From: Promethearchaeum syntrophicum
GTDB taxonomy: Archaea > Asgardarchaeota > Lokiarchaeia > Sigyniarchaeales > Promethearchaeaceae
Assembly: GCF_008000775.2 (NCBI RefSeq)
Contig: NZ_CP042905.2
Span: 3,150,001 to 3,182,000 of the forward strand
Direction of reading: 5' to 3'
DNA length: 32,000 nt
Part shown: positions 1-9,317 of the stretch, piece after piece
How positions within the stretch are numbered: the stretch's first letter is position 1
How the letters are laid out: every line of letters begins with the position of its first letter
The notes under the pieces: generated by a model
The model's database searches: none
The model's input: the letters and a program-made list of their open reading frames with translations, nothing else
What the model was told of the DNA's origin: nothing
Made by a program: the position numbers and the translations under genes

Positions 1-111
1 CAAATTGGAGAAGAAAGGCTTGGAAAAGGATATGGGATTTTAGATGTTAATACAGATTTCTTAAATTCTCAAATAATCAAATATTATAACGGTAAAATTG
101 AACAGAAATAA
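1..111 (+). CDS. 3' end of an unidentified CDS truncated by the window start
   Basis: Frame 1 is open from base 1 to TAA at 109-111 (...GKGYGILDVNTDFLNSQIIKYYNGKIEQK*). Only 36 codons are visible and there is no recognisable motif. Confidence 0.3.
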   Translation, partial: QIGEERLGKGYGILDVNTDFLNSQIIKYYNGKIEQK

Positions 112-131
112 TTAAATTCATAGTTTTTAGA

Positions 132-1079
132 ATGAAAATCAGAATTCTTGGTGCTGAAAGTCTTGGTGTAAGGAGTTTATGCGTTTTTGTAACTACGAAT
201 AACAAAAGGATCCTTATAGATCCTGGAATTGCCTTAGGATACAAAAGATTTGGACTATTGCCGCATCCGTTCCAGGTTGCAATCGGAGATAATATTAGGA
301 AAAATGTCATCTCTATTTTAAAATCAGGAGTTACAGATATTGTTTTCAGCCACTATCATGGGGATCATATTCCTCTTCCCCATGCCAATCCTTTTCAATT
401 AGATGCATATCAAGTTTCCCAATATTTCAAAAAACCCAACCTTTGGTGCAAAAGTTCTGAAAATATATCAAACCAGATGCTAATTCGTAGAAATAAACTA
501 ATGAGGATTTTACAAAGGGATTTTCCTAATTCTGAGGGCAATACTGAAGGAAGTTTAAGTTTTTCCCCTTCTGTATCTCATGGACGGATGAAAAAAAATC
601 ATGTCATGATGACTCGGATTGAGGAAAGGGACACGATCTTTGTTCATGCTTCAGATATTCAACTACTTGATAATAAAGCAATTTCACAAATTTTAAAGTG
701 GAAACCAACAATAGTTCTTGCTTCTGGACCACCGTTTTATTTAAAACAATACCATACCAAAGAAATTTATTATAAAGCTTGGAAAAACGCATTAAAATTA
801 GCAGAAAAGACATCAACCCTTATCCTCGATCATCATTTATGCCGAGAAAAAGAGGGTTTAGATTTTATTTCTAATATTTCCGGAAAAACCGGGACAAAAA
901 TCATTTGCGCTGCTCAATTTATGGAAAAAGAACCCATGTTATTAGAAGCATACAGACGAGAATTATACAAAGAGCTACCCGTTGATCCTAAATGGCATGA
1001 GAATTACTCTAAGGAAATAAGTACTACCGCAAGATTTCAATTTTGGAGAAATTTTCAAATAAAAGATTATGTTCTTTAA
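132..1079 (+). CDS. MBL-fold metallo-hydrolase, archaeal UPF0282-like
   Basis: 315-aa ORF. The N-terminus MKIRILGAESLGVRSLCVFV...ILIDPG and the HYHGDH motif (HxHxDH-type metal site) match my recollection of archaeal UPF0282 / metallo-beta-lactamase-fold proteins. Confidence 0.75.
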   Translation: MKIRILGAESLGVRSLCVFVTTNNKRILIDPGIALGYKRFGLLPHPFQVAIGDNIRKNVISILKSGVTDIVFSHYHGDHIPLPHANPFQLDAYQVSQYFKKPNLWCKSSENISNQMLIRRNKLMRILQRDFPNSEGNTEGSLSFSPSVSHGRMKKNHVMMTRIEERDTIFVHASDIQLLDNKAISQILKWKPTIVLASGPPFYLKQYHTKEIYYKAWKNALKLAEKTSTLILDHHLCREKEGLDFISNISGKTGTKIICAAQFMEKEPMLLEAYRRELYKELPVDPKWHENYSKEISTTARFQFWRNFQIKDYVL

Positions 1080-1098
1080 TATAAAAGAAAAAAAGAAA

Positions 1099-4000
1099 TT
1101 AGAGTTGTTTTCCGCAGAAAAAGCAATACCGCTCATGAGATGAAGGTTGAGTCGCCTTACAATAAGGACAAACTTGAACTGCTTTTTTAGGAGATCTTCT
1201 CAAATGGGATCGAGGTTGGATGTTTGGATGTTCACTTTTAGTTTCATTTTCTGATACCCTCAATTTCATTGGTCCAGGTTTGGTATGTTTTACAATCATT
1301 GTGCCTTCAATATCGGCCAGTTTCTCTTTTCTGGGCGAGATTTTCTTAATTGGGGGTTCGATTTTTTTTATTTTTTTCTTTTTCTGCCTTTCTATGGAAT
1401 CAGGAGAGGATTGCATATCACATATTTTAAGTAAATCATTAATTTCAGCCACAGTCATCCCTACACCTAAATATTCAGCCCGGTTTCGTGCTGCAAATAA
1501 AGATGATTTCGCTTCATTAGTTTTTTTATTTTCAACTAAAGTCACTAAACTAGGAATTTTACCTTTGAGTTTTTCAATTTCTGATTCAATTTCTGTTTCT
1601 ATAGATTTATGTAAGTTATTCCAATGGGAAGTTATATTATCGGCAATTTTTTCGAATTTTTCCTTTCCTCTTGGTAAATTTGGCTTAACCAAAGAAATGT
1701 TATTTCGCGCTTCAATTATTCTACCTGATTTAAGATCATTTTCAATCCCATCCAAATTTTCAAGGATAGGTAAATTTATTGAGCAAAAATTAATGTAATG
1801 TTTTATTTCGGGAACTATCAGTGTTACATTAAGATTTTGAGCGGTAGTTAAGTTTTCTGTTAGAGAATCAATAGCTTTCTTGAACTTTAAAGTCATTACT
1901 TCGGTTTTAATTATTTTATCAAAAGCATTTTTTACTTTGGATTCTCTTTTATTACTCTCGGATTTCACTCTGTTATGTAAATTCTTAATTTTTGCTTTTA
2001 CATGATCAAAGGATTTCTCTTCTTTCTCACATGTATCGAACAATTTATAAATTGCCTCAACTGTGGTGACAAAATCGATCAAATTTTCATAATTTTCATG
2101 AAGTTGATTGTATTCTGAAACAAATTCAGTATTCTTTGAACATTTTCGGTTTAAATTTTCAATACTTACTATTAAATCATCAAGACCGAGATCCTTTGCC
2201 CTAAGCGTGTATTTTTTGAGATGATCCTGAGCTTCTGAGAAATCAAAAGTCTGGTTTATTTTTTCCTCAAGTTTATTAAATTCTCCATGTAATTTTGAAG
2301 TCATTTCTCCGATTTTAGTTTTTAAATCATTCAATTCATTTTCAAGGTCTTTTTTCAATGCAGAACTATAGATCTTTGGTGTTTTTTCTAAAGCAGAATT
2401 CATTTTTTCTAATAGTGTAGTATACTCATTTTCACCAATTTTTAGTTGATTTGCTGCAATTTTATTCTGAATTTCCTTTTGAATTTTTACACCCTCAAGA
2501 TTTAATTCAATTTTCTGAGTGATAGGTTCTAGCAAACTGCTGAATTCTTTTAAACCAGTCTCGCTTATTCGATTTTTAATCTCACTAATTGCATTTTGAG
2601 CACTAATTAAATTATTTTTCTCATCAATTATAGCTTCAATATCTTCAATCTTTTGAATTATTGTCGTTTTTTCTTTAGAAATTTGATTATCTGTTTCTTT
2701 TTCTAATTCAGAGTATTTATTTTTAATTATAGTGAAGTAAATTTCAGATTTTTCTGAAATATTTGAGTTTATTTTTACCAATTCCAATTTAACAGAATGA
2801 ATTTTCGCTTCTTTCAACGATTTTGTTAATTGATTGAAAAGATTAAAAATTTGAAGATTTAAATCTAACTCAGCAGAATATTTGTCGAGAATAACAATGA
2901 TTGATGGATATCCATTTAGATCAGCAAAATTACGTTTAGCAGCCAACTCCTTTTTAGCTACCTCAAAATCGAGAGATTCTGATAAAATAATCCATATTTT
3001 TTCAATTTCTTCCTTAAGTTCAGCTTCTTCCTTTCTTCTTGCTTCTGCAATCTTATCAATTAAAGTGTCGATTTGCTCTTTATTGCTTTTTACCATTTCG
3101 ATGGAAGTATATTTTGTAGAAATATGTTGTTTAAGACTTTCTAACTTATTGTGAGCATTGAAATATGATTTTGATTCAAAAATTCCATTTATTGCTTGAA
3201 CATCATTATAAATTTGCTCATTGATTTGACAGATATTGATTACAATATTTACAGAATTTACAAGACTAACTAGACCGTTTTTTGTTAGATCTTCCTTAAG
3301 TTTTACTAAATTCTTTCTTGCTATGCTATATTGGAATTCTTCCATTAAATCCATTGATTTTTTAGTTATTAAATCAGTATCGCTTGTCCATTTTTCAATC
3401 ATTGAATCTATTTTTTTTAAGAAGATATAATATTCTTCCTGCTTGTCTTGATATATTATTTTTAAATCATTTTCTTTTAGAATGGCTTCTGCGGATGCTA
3501 GAAAATCTTTAGCTTGTAGAAGATCAGTAGTATTTTTTGCAGATGATAAGAGATCATCAAATTTCTTATTAATTTTGTGAATATTTCGTGTTTCGCTCAA
3601 ATCTTTTGCCTTCAATTTCAAATTTTTACCTAAGGACTTTTTCAAATCTGTTAAACCGTGTTCAGTCATTGAATTTTGGTAAATTTTATGAACTTCTTCA
3701 ATTTTTGATATAATTTCAGGATGAGCGGCTCGTTGTTTTTGAATATCATTTAAAAGCGAGGTTAGAGAATAAAATTTAAGCTCAAGATCTTCAGAAGTGA
3801 TACCAGATGGAACAGGAACCGCAAATCTTTCTAAATTCCTCTGAGCATGAACCGAGTTCTCTGTTTTCTTCTTTAAAAATTTTATATTATTGATTAATTC
3901 GGTGATTCCACTAACCTGAACTTTTGATTTTATACTTTCCAATTCATTTGGTATCTTAGCGAAATCTTTTGAATTAAATGAATTTTCAACCCTTTCAATT

Positions 4001-4236
4001 TCTCCTAATAATTCTTCTGTTGTTTTCCTTATTGTTTCTTCATTTGCTTCAATTAAGGCTTTTAACTGAGTTTTTAAATCGGGATTAAAGGTTTGGGGTT
4101 GTTTATTAAGCATTTCTGTACAAGTATTAAGAATATCTCTTGTTTTCATAAGATTTTTTGAATTCTTAGCGTTTAGCAGTTTTTTATTATACTTTTCAAG
4201 ATTGAAAGGACTCTTAACACTATTATCTATATCCAT
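1099..4236 (-). CDS. Giant coiled-coil/helical-repeat protein with basic linker and C-terminal zinc ribbon
   Basis: 1045-aa uninterrupted ORF, Lys/Glu/Asn/Leu/Ile-rich. A motif xxxA[KQR]xx[LI]-x10-G[LVY] recurs at residues 303, 424, 543, 666, 785 and 906. Lys-rich tract RQKKKKIKKIEPPIKKISPRKEK. C-terminal CPYC-x13-CFFC zinc ribbon. No Walker A motif. Confidence 0.8.
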   Translation of the reverse strand: MDIDNSVKSPFNLEKYNKKLLNAKNSKNLMKTRDILNTCTEMLNKQPQTFNPDLKTQLKALIEANEETIRKTTEELLGEIERVENSFNSKDFAKIPNELESIKSKVQVSGITELINNIKFLKKKTENSVHAQRNLERFAVPVPSGITSEDLELKFYSLTSLLNDIQKQRAAHPEIISKIEEVHKIYQNSMTEHGLTDLKKSLGKNLKLKAKDLSETRNIHKINKKFDDLLSSAKNTTDLLQAKDFLASAEAILKENDLKIIYQDKQEEYYIFLKKIDSMIEKWTSDTDLITKKSMDLMEEFQYSIARKNLVKLKEDLTKNGLVSLVNSVNIVINICQINEQIYNDVQAINGIFESKSYFNAHNKLESLKQHISTKYTSIEMVKSNKEQIDTLIDKIAEARRKEEAELKEEIEKIWIILSESLDFEVAKKELAAKRNFADLNGYPSIIVILDKYSAELDLNLQIFNLFNQLTKSLKEAKIHSVKLELVKINSNISEKSEIYFTIIKNKYSELEKETDNQISKEKTTIIQKIEDIEAIIDEKNNLISAQNAISEIKNRISETGLKEFSSLLEPITQKIELNLEGVKIQKEIQNKIAANQLKIGENEYTTLLEKMNSALEKTPKIYSSALKKDLENELNDLKTKIGEMTSKLHGEFNKLEEKINQTFDFSEAQDHLKKYTLRAKDLGLDDLIVSIENLNRKCSKNTEFVSEYNQLHENYENLIDFVTTVEAIYKLFDTCEKEEKSFDHVKAKIKNLHNRVKSESNKRESKVKNAFDKIIKTEVMTLKFKKAIDSLTENLTTAQNLNVTLIVPEIKHYINFCSINLPILENLDGIENDLKSGRIIEARNNISLVKPNLPRGKEKFEKIADNITSHWNNLHKSIETEIESEIEKLKGKIPSLVTLVENKKTNEAKSSLFAARNRAEYLGVGMTVAEINDLLKICDMQSSPDSIERQKKKKIKKIEPPIKKISPRKEKLADIEGTMIVKHTKPGPMKLRVSENETKSEHPNIQPRSHLRRSPKKAVQVCPYCKATQPSSHERYCFFCGKQL

Positions 4237-4317
4237 AGTTTGAAATATTAACTTGTCCGTATTAAGGATTTTGTAAAAATTAAAAAATCTGGAATGAAAA
4301 TTTAACCCGATGTATAC

Positions 4318-5127
4318 TTAGAAAAGCAATAGACTTAATGCCATAACAATCATTCCTAAAACGATTCCGATAATTACAATATGGCCTTGTCCATAATGAT
4401 GGGCCGTTGGAAGAATTTCATCCAATGAAATATAAATCATAACTCCCGAGATGAATACCAATAAGCCACCAATTACTTGATCATTTAAAAAAGGTCTTAA
4501 AATTAAATAACCAATAGCTGCCCCGATCGGCTCTGCTAACCCAGATAAGAAAGAATAGAGAAACGCCTTTTTTCTATTTTTTGTAGCATAATAAATAGGA
4601 ATTGACACGGATATTCCCTCCGGAATATTGTGTAAGGCTATAGCAATCGATGTTAAAATCCCTAGATTTAAATCAGATAAAGCTGTTCCAAATGTCGCCA
4701 TTCCTTCAGGAAAGTTATGAATACCTATAGCTAGCGCCATTACAACACCCATTTTCATTAATTTTGATTTATTTTCAGAATCATCATCTTCACAACTCTT
4801 AGCTTCTTCTTCTAAGCATTCAGAATCAACAATATGATGAGGATTTTCGACTTCAGGTAATAAAAAATCCATAATTCCGATGAAAAACATTCCAGAAAAC
4901 AAAATAACGATACTCCAGAATTCACCAATAGCTTCCATTCCATTCGGTAAAAGTTCCACAAAAGAAATGTATAACATAACTCCTCCAGAAAAACCAAGCG
5001 CAAAGGACAGATAGGAAGTTTTTGGTTTTCTGATAAAAAAAGCGATAAGACTGCCTATTCCTGTAGAAAGTCCCGCAAGAATTGTTAATAAAAATGCCAT
5101 TCCAACATCTGTGATAATAAATAACAT
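4318..5127 (-). CDS. zupT: ZIP-family zinc/divalent metal transporter (ZupT-like)
   Basis: 269-aa polytopic ORF with ATG start. Paired ZIP signatures HNFPEGMA and HNIPEGIS. Central acidic/His loop (ENPHHIVDSECLEEEAKSCEDDDSE). Confidence 0.9.
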   Translation of the reverse strand: MLFIITDVGMAFLLTILAGLSTGIGSLIAFFIRKPKTSYLSFALGFSGGVMLYISFVELLPNGMEAIGEFWSIVILFSGMFFIGIMDFLLPEVENPHHIVDSECLEEEAKSCEDDDSENKSKLMKMGVVMALAIGIHNFPEGMATFGTALSDLNLGILTSIAIALHNIPEGISVSIPIYYATKNRKKAFLYSFLSGLAEPIGAAIGYLILRPFLNDQVIGGLLVFISGVMIYISLDEILPTAHHYGQGHIVIIGIVLGMIVMALSLLLF

Positions 5128-5168
5128 GTCTGAATTACCTTTGATTTTCTAATTTTTAAATATTATAT

Positions 5169-5182
5169 TTAGACGTGTCTAA
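5169..5182. promoter_or_regulatory. Palindrome TTAGAC-GT-GTCTAA upstream of zupT (candidate operator)
   Basis: 6+2+6 inverted repeat, the only G/C-containing element in an almost pure A/T stretch. It lies 42-55 nt upstream of the zupT ATG (5127) and next to TATA-like AATATAATATTTAAAA on the minus strand. Confidence 0.3.
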
Positions 5183-5327
5183 TTAATTATTAATTAAATA
5201 AAAATTTATTGGCAGAAAATATGCAAATATCAAAATGATTAAAAAAAAAGGTAATCCAGAATGAAATATATAGTAAAAAGGAATCTATATCTAATTTTCT
5301 AAATATCTATTGTATATTTCAGTTTTA

Positions 5328-8225
5328 CTATAGAGTATTTCTTAGTATAAATTCGAAAGTTATTACCTCAAACTTATGGATTTTAAATTTCAATTCATTA
5401 TCAGAAGGGTTCCAGCTGAAATCTTGCTTGTTTAATTCCCTTTCAAGCAAATCAACTTGTTTTATTTTTGATACCTTCCCTACTAGCTTGGTTGGAAGGA
5501 AAACATTAACCGGACTATCTTTTCCACACAGCTCATTGAATCTGATAATGACACTATTTGATTTATTCCAATCATTCTGCTTAAATGCGGTAATTTCTAC
5601 ATTATCTTGAACCAAAATATCTAATTCGTCATAAATTAAAGATCCTTTTTGGTTTTCTGATTTTTTTCGTGCAATAATTGGATTATTAAATTCTTCTGCT
5701 GCCTTCTTTACGATAGCTGAAGGTTTTTTATTGTAGCTTTCTAATGCACCACCTCGATGCGGAAAATATGCAAATTTACAACTATTCGGACCCATTCCAA
5801 TATATCTTGAAACTTTTTTCTTGCCATCTCTTTTTCGCGCCAATCTCTCCAATTTTGCCCAGGATTCCGCAGATGGAGATGGATACTTTGGGCTGCGGTG
5901 TAAAGTTAAGCGAATTCTATCAGCACTGCAATCAAATGCATATTTTCCTTCATTTAATAAAGCTATACCCCAACTATTATCTGAAGTGCTTAGATCAGCG
6001 TACTGATGCATAATTTTTTCATATCTAGCTTTATCACTAGGAGTTTTTGGCAAAGTGCTTTGATTTAATGAACAAAACATTTCATCTACAACTACTTTAT
6101 TAGATGCTGTATTTGTGTCTAAAGCAATTTTAAGTAAAGTGTTTTTATTTTGCCAATCAGAACTCCAAGAGCAATAGATAATTGGATCATCTTTAAAGAG
6201 CCTAATCACTTGTGTTATTTCAGAGTCACCTAGAATTCTTATTATTTTTAGGGAACTAAATACAGGTCCTTCATCTAAAATAGTAATTTTGGCATTATCT
6301 TCTGGGTAATTGTTTGGAAATTTCCAGTATTCTTCAGTAAGATTCCAAGCAGGATATTCCCAACCACCTTTATCTTTGTATCCTTTTACAACAAAAGTTG
6401 CATCTCCATGAATTAGATTCTTACCGTAATTTAAATTCACAGCTTTTAACTCTTTAATTGCACCAGATTTACTGTTTAGTTCTAGTTGAACTAGGCTATT
6501 TGCCAACCTTGGTTTTTTTCCTATAGAAACAAAAACATTAGTAATTTTATTTTCAGAGAACTCTAATCTCCCTGAAAGAATTCCATAAGGAAGTATTGAA
6601 ATTTGTGTCCACCAACCTGCAGATCGATTACTTAAATCATCTTTGTATTCTGATTGGGCTGGTTGACAGATTGTATACTCACCATTATTCAATTTTAATC
6701 GTGCATATGGAGGTTTCCCCTCCTTATTCAGCTTAATATTTGAATCAATTTCGTTTATAGGAATAAAAACTCTCCCAGACCGTTCCCAAGGTAATGGATT
6801 ATAAAATATTAGATTATTTTTACCGTTAGTTTTTACCCTTTCAAAACAATTTGCGATTAATTCATTCAAATTCTGATACGCATCTTGCCATATTTCATAA
6901 ACATCATCATAGACTTCAATAATTGAACTACCAGGCAAGATATCATGAAATTGATTGAGGAGTATTTGTTTCCAAATTTTTTCAATTCTATTGTAAGGAT
7001 ATTTAAACCCTTCATCAAATAAGGAAATGATGGAACATAACGATTCAGCTGTTTTTGCTAATGTTTCCAGTTTTCGATTGTGTCTTTTTACTGCACCGTG
7101 GGTAGTAAATGTACCGCGATGAGTTTCAAGATATAACTCATCTGACCATACAGGCAATTTATTTTTATATTTTTCAACTTCCGCGAAAAATCTGTTAACG
7201 GTAGACCATTTAATATTTAGATTCAATTCTTCTCCAATTTTAAGGTAATTGATCATTTGTGCTACTTCTTTATGAGTGGGCCCATGTCCACCATCCCCTT
7301 GTCCATTAAATAAACCAACTGCAGGAACATATTCTTCTGGATTAATCTCCTCAGAAAACTTAGAATATCCTTCATTATAGCTCCAGGTTTTTTTAGCTCC
7401 TTTCTTTAAAAGATGACGACCGAGTTTATACGAACTCCATTTATCAAATGCTTCTTTATTTTGACCGAAATTGCATGTTAAAATCTGAGAACCATCAGGA
7501 CTTTCCCATAAAAAATTAATAAAAGGAAAAGCAGTAATTTTATTCCAAGTTAATTTAGAGGTCCAAAAGAATTTAGCCCCACTTTTAATTAAAATTTGGG
7601 GTAAACCTACATTATACCCAAAAGAATCCAAAAACCATTCCGTGTTCGGAAGTTGATTGAATTCATCTCGATAAAATCTCATACCATATAATCTTTGGCG
7701 GATAAATGCTTCTCCATCAGGCATCATACAATCCGATTCTACCCAAGACCCCCCTACCAATTCGATATTACCTTTTTTAACTGCTACTTTTAATTTTTCA
7801 AATAGAGATGGTTTATCTGTCTTAATCCAAGCAAGTAATTGAGGTGAAGATACAGCGAAATGAAATTCAGGAAACAGCTCAATGTGTAGAAGCACTTTTT
7901 CAAGAGTAACTATCCCCTTTTTATGGGTTTGAGCAAAGGTCCATAGCCATGCCAAGTCTATATGCGATTGGCCAATCATATGAATGTTTACTTTAGAAGG
8001 ATCCATTGATTCTGAGATTTTTTTCCGAATTTCTTTCAAGTATTTCCGAATTTCATCAATATTTTCTGGATCATCGATATTTTCTTCCAACCATAATTTT
8101 CGAGTTCTTTCATCATCAATTGGAGTTTCCTCAAGAGAATTAGTATCAAGTTTTTTAGAACCACTAAAATGCCCTATAGTCTCCAGAGTATCCACTTTTT
8201 TAACCATTAAAGCAGTAAAAATCAC
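5328..8225 (-). CDS. Glycoside hydrolase family 38 alpha-mannosidase
   Basis: 965-aa ORF with GH38 hallmarks: GQSHIDLAWLW, GGSWVESDCMMPDGEAFIRQ, WFLDSFGY, ETHRGTFTTH. The track start is GTG at 8225; an ATG alternative lies at 8207. Confidence 0.9.
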   Translation of the reverse strand: MIFTALMVKKVDTLETIGHFSGSKKLDTNSLEETPIDDERTRKLWLEENIDDPENIDEIRKYLKEIRKKISESMDPSKVNIHMIGQSHIDLAWLWTFAQTHKKGIVTLEKVLLHIELFPEFHFAVSSPQLLAWIKTDKPSLFEKLKVAVKKGNIELVGGSWVESDCMMPDGEAFIRQRLYGMRFYRDEFNQLPNTEWFLDSFGYNVGLPQILIKSGAKFFWTSKLTWNKITAFPFINFLWESPDGSQILTCNFGQNKEAFDKWSSYKLGRHLLKKGAKKTWSYNEGYSKFSEEINPEEYVPAVGLFNGQGDGGHGPTHKEVAQMINYLKIGEELNLNIKWSTVNRFFAEVEKYKNKLPVWSDELYLETHRGTFTTHGAVKRHNRKLETLAKTAESLCSIISLFDEGFKYPYNRIEKIWKQILLNQFHDILPGSSIIEVYDDVYEIWQDAYQNLNELIANCFERVKTNGKNNLIFYNPLPWERSGRVFIPINEIDSNIKLNKEGKPPYARLKLNNGEYTICQPAQSEYKDDLSNRSAGWWTQISILPYGILSGRLEFSENKITNVFVSIGKKPRLANSLVQLELNSKSGAIKELKAVNLNYGKNLIHGDATFVVKGYKDKGGWEYPAWNLTEEYWKFPNNYPEDNAKITILDEGPVFSSLKIIRILGDSEITQVIRLFKDDPIIYCSWSSDWQNKNTLLKIALDTNTASNKVVVDEMFCSLNQSTLPKTPSDKARYEKIMHQYADLSTSDNSWGIALLNEGKYAFDCSADRIRLTLHRSPKYPSPSAESWAKLERLARKRDGKKKVSRYIGMGPNSCKFAYFPHRGGALESYNKKPSAIVKKAAEEFNNPIIARKKSENQKGSLIYDELDILVQDNVEITAFKQNDWNKSNSVIIRFNELCGKDSPVNVFLPTKLVGKVSKIKQVDLLERELNKQDFSWNPSDNELKFKIHKFEVITFEFILRNTL

Positions 8226-8313
8226 AAGGAAAAAAAAGATTTTCTTCTAACTTTTCAATATCGAAATGTACTACATCTTTATAACATCTATTTATTCTTC
8301 TTTATTAAAGAAT

Positions 8314-9009
8314 CTACATGTTCAAATTGACAAACTCTTCCGTTTTAAGAAAAATATCAGGATATGGAATGAATAGACCTCTTATTCGAGCTTGTTCATC
8401 AATCCACTTAGCTAGTTGATTATGAATTTCAATTTTTAATTTAGTATGTAAGTGAATCTCATCAAATCGCGCTATAATTTCTTCATTTGAGATAGTTGAA
8501 AAACCAAAATCATAAGTGGTATTTTTTAAATCATTAATCTCCAATTTTTGATTGTCAAGGTCATTTTGACTTCTCGAATGAAAAGAAGTATCAGATAACA
8601 CTTCTCTTATAGTATTAATTTTATCGGAATTTGCAGCGGAATTTCTAATAGAACCTGGTTTGTTGTCCCACACATCCTTGGAGGAAGAAGAAAATCGATG
8701 GGAACTAGGATGAGAGGTGTCGTAAACATTGCCATCAATTATAAAATAGCTGATCCACAGTACAGGAATTAAATAAATACTAGAACCACAAAAACAAAGG
8801 AGGCAAATATTCAAGCCGTTTTTCCCAGACATAGTGGGTAATATCTTTGCTAAGAAGAATATAAACCAACTGAATAAAGCAGATATTATTCCAATGACAT
8901 AAAAAACATCAGTTGGAAACCCCACGATTGCTGATCCTACGACACCAAATAGGATTCCTGAACCAAAATAAAGCAGAAAAGTTATACCTATATATCTTGA
9001 ATTTGTCAT
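8314..9009 (-). CDS. Hypothetical membrane protein (N-terminal ~4 TM helices, soluble C-terminal domain)
   Basis: 231-aa ORF. Hydrophobic N-terminal 95 aa, then a Ser-rich linker and a charged C-terminal domain. No family recognised. Confidence 0.55.
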   Translation of the reverse strand: MTNSRYIGITFLLYFGSGILFGVVGSAIVGFPTDVFYVIGIISALFSWFIFFLAKILPTMSGKNGLNICLLCFCGSSIYLIPVLWISYFIIDGNVYDTSHPSSHRFSSSSKDVWDNKPGSIRNSAANSDKINTIREVLSDTSFHSRSQNDLDNQKLEINDLKNTTYDFGFSTISNEEIIARFDEIHLHTKLKIEIHNQLAKWIDEQARIRGLFIPYPDIFLKTEEFVNLNM

Positions 9010-9074
9010 TTCAATACTAAATCTATAGTAGAATATATAAATTTAGTGTTTTTTTATTCAAAAATTAATGGAAT

Positions 9075-9281
9075 TTAAATAGGTTTTCTAAAAAATAAAT
9101 CGGCACGAAAAGGAGCCCCATATTCTTTTCTTATTTCTTTAGGTGTGTATTCTCCTTCCCGACCAATATCTTTTATTTCCACACCCCCACATCGAGGACA
9201 GAAACTTGGGAGCGGTTTTGAAGGATATCCTAGCAATATAGTTCCACATCGAACACAAAGAAAATGAATATCCGTCTCCAT
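9075..9281 (-). CDS. Small zinc-ribbon protein
   Basis: 68-aa ORF with CVRCG...CPRCGG (CxxC-x18-CxxC). It lies 36 nt downstream of the phosphatase gene on the same strand. Confidence 0.55.
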   Translation of the reverse strand: METDIHFLCVRCGTILLGYPSKPLPSFCPRCGGVEIKDIGREGEYTPKEIRKEYGAPFRADLFFRKPI

Positions 9282-9317
9282 ATTAAATATTAAGATGAAT
9301 TTTCATGTTAAATATTT

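Noticed and set aside
1220-3430. Plus-strand ORFs 1220-1798, 2882-3154 and 3236-3430, antisense to the 1045-aa gene
   Set aside because: They are low-complexity Phe/Ser/Ile-rich shadow frames of a Lys/Glu/Asn-rich coding strand and lie fully inside a much longer ORF. The same reasoning applies to 77-310, 604-816, 5428-6013, 7984-8250, 12533-12929, 13403-13891, 15699-15893, 17459-17927, 20036-20736, 22089-22337, 24863-25171, 25585-25845, 27075-27263 and 27793-27996.
1099-4236. SMC/Rad50-like ATPase interpretation of the 1045-aa coiled-coil protein
   Set aside because: There are no Walker A (GxxxxGK[ST]), Walker B, signature or hinge motifs at either end. The N-terminus is helical from residue ~10, and the only terminal domain is a small zinc ribbon.
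4812-5003. Same-strand, out-of-frame nested ORFs (4812-5003 in zupT; also 18430-18633, 19889-20149, 20264-20506, 23618-23821)
   Set aside because: Each lies wholly inside a longer ORF with clear family motifs and has no independent start context or motif. They were treated as chance frames.
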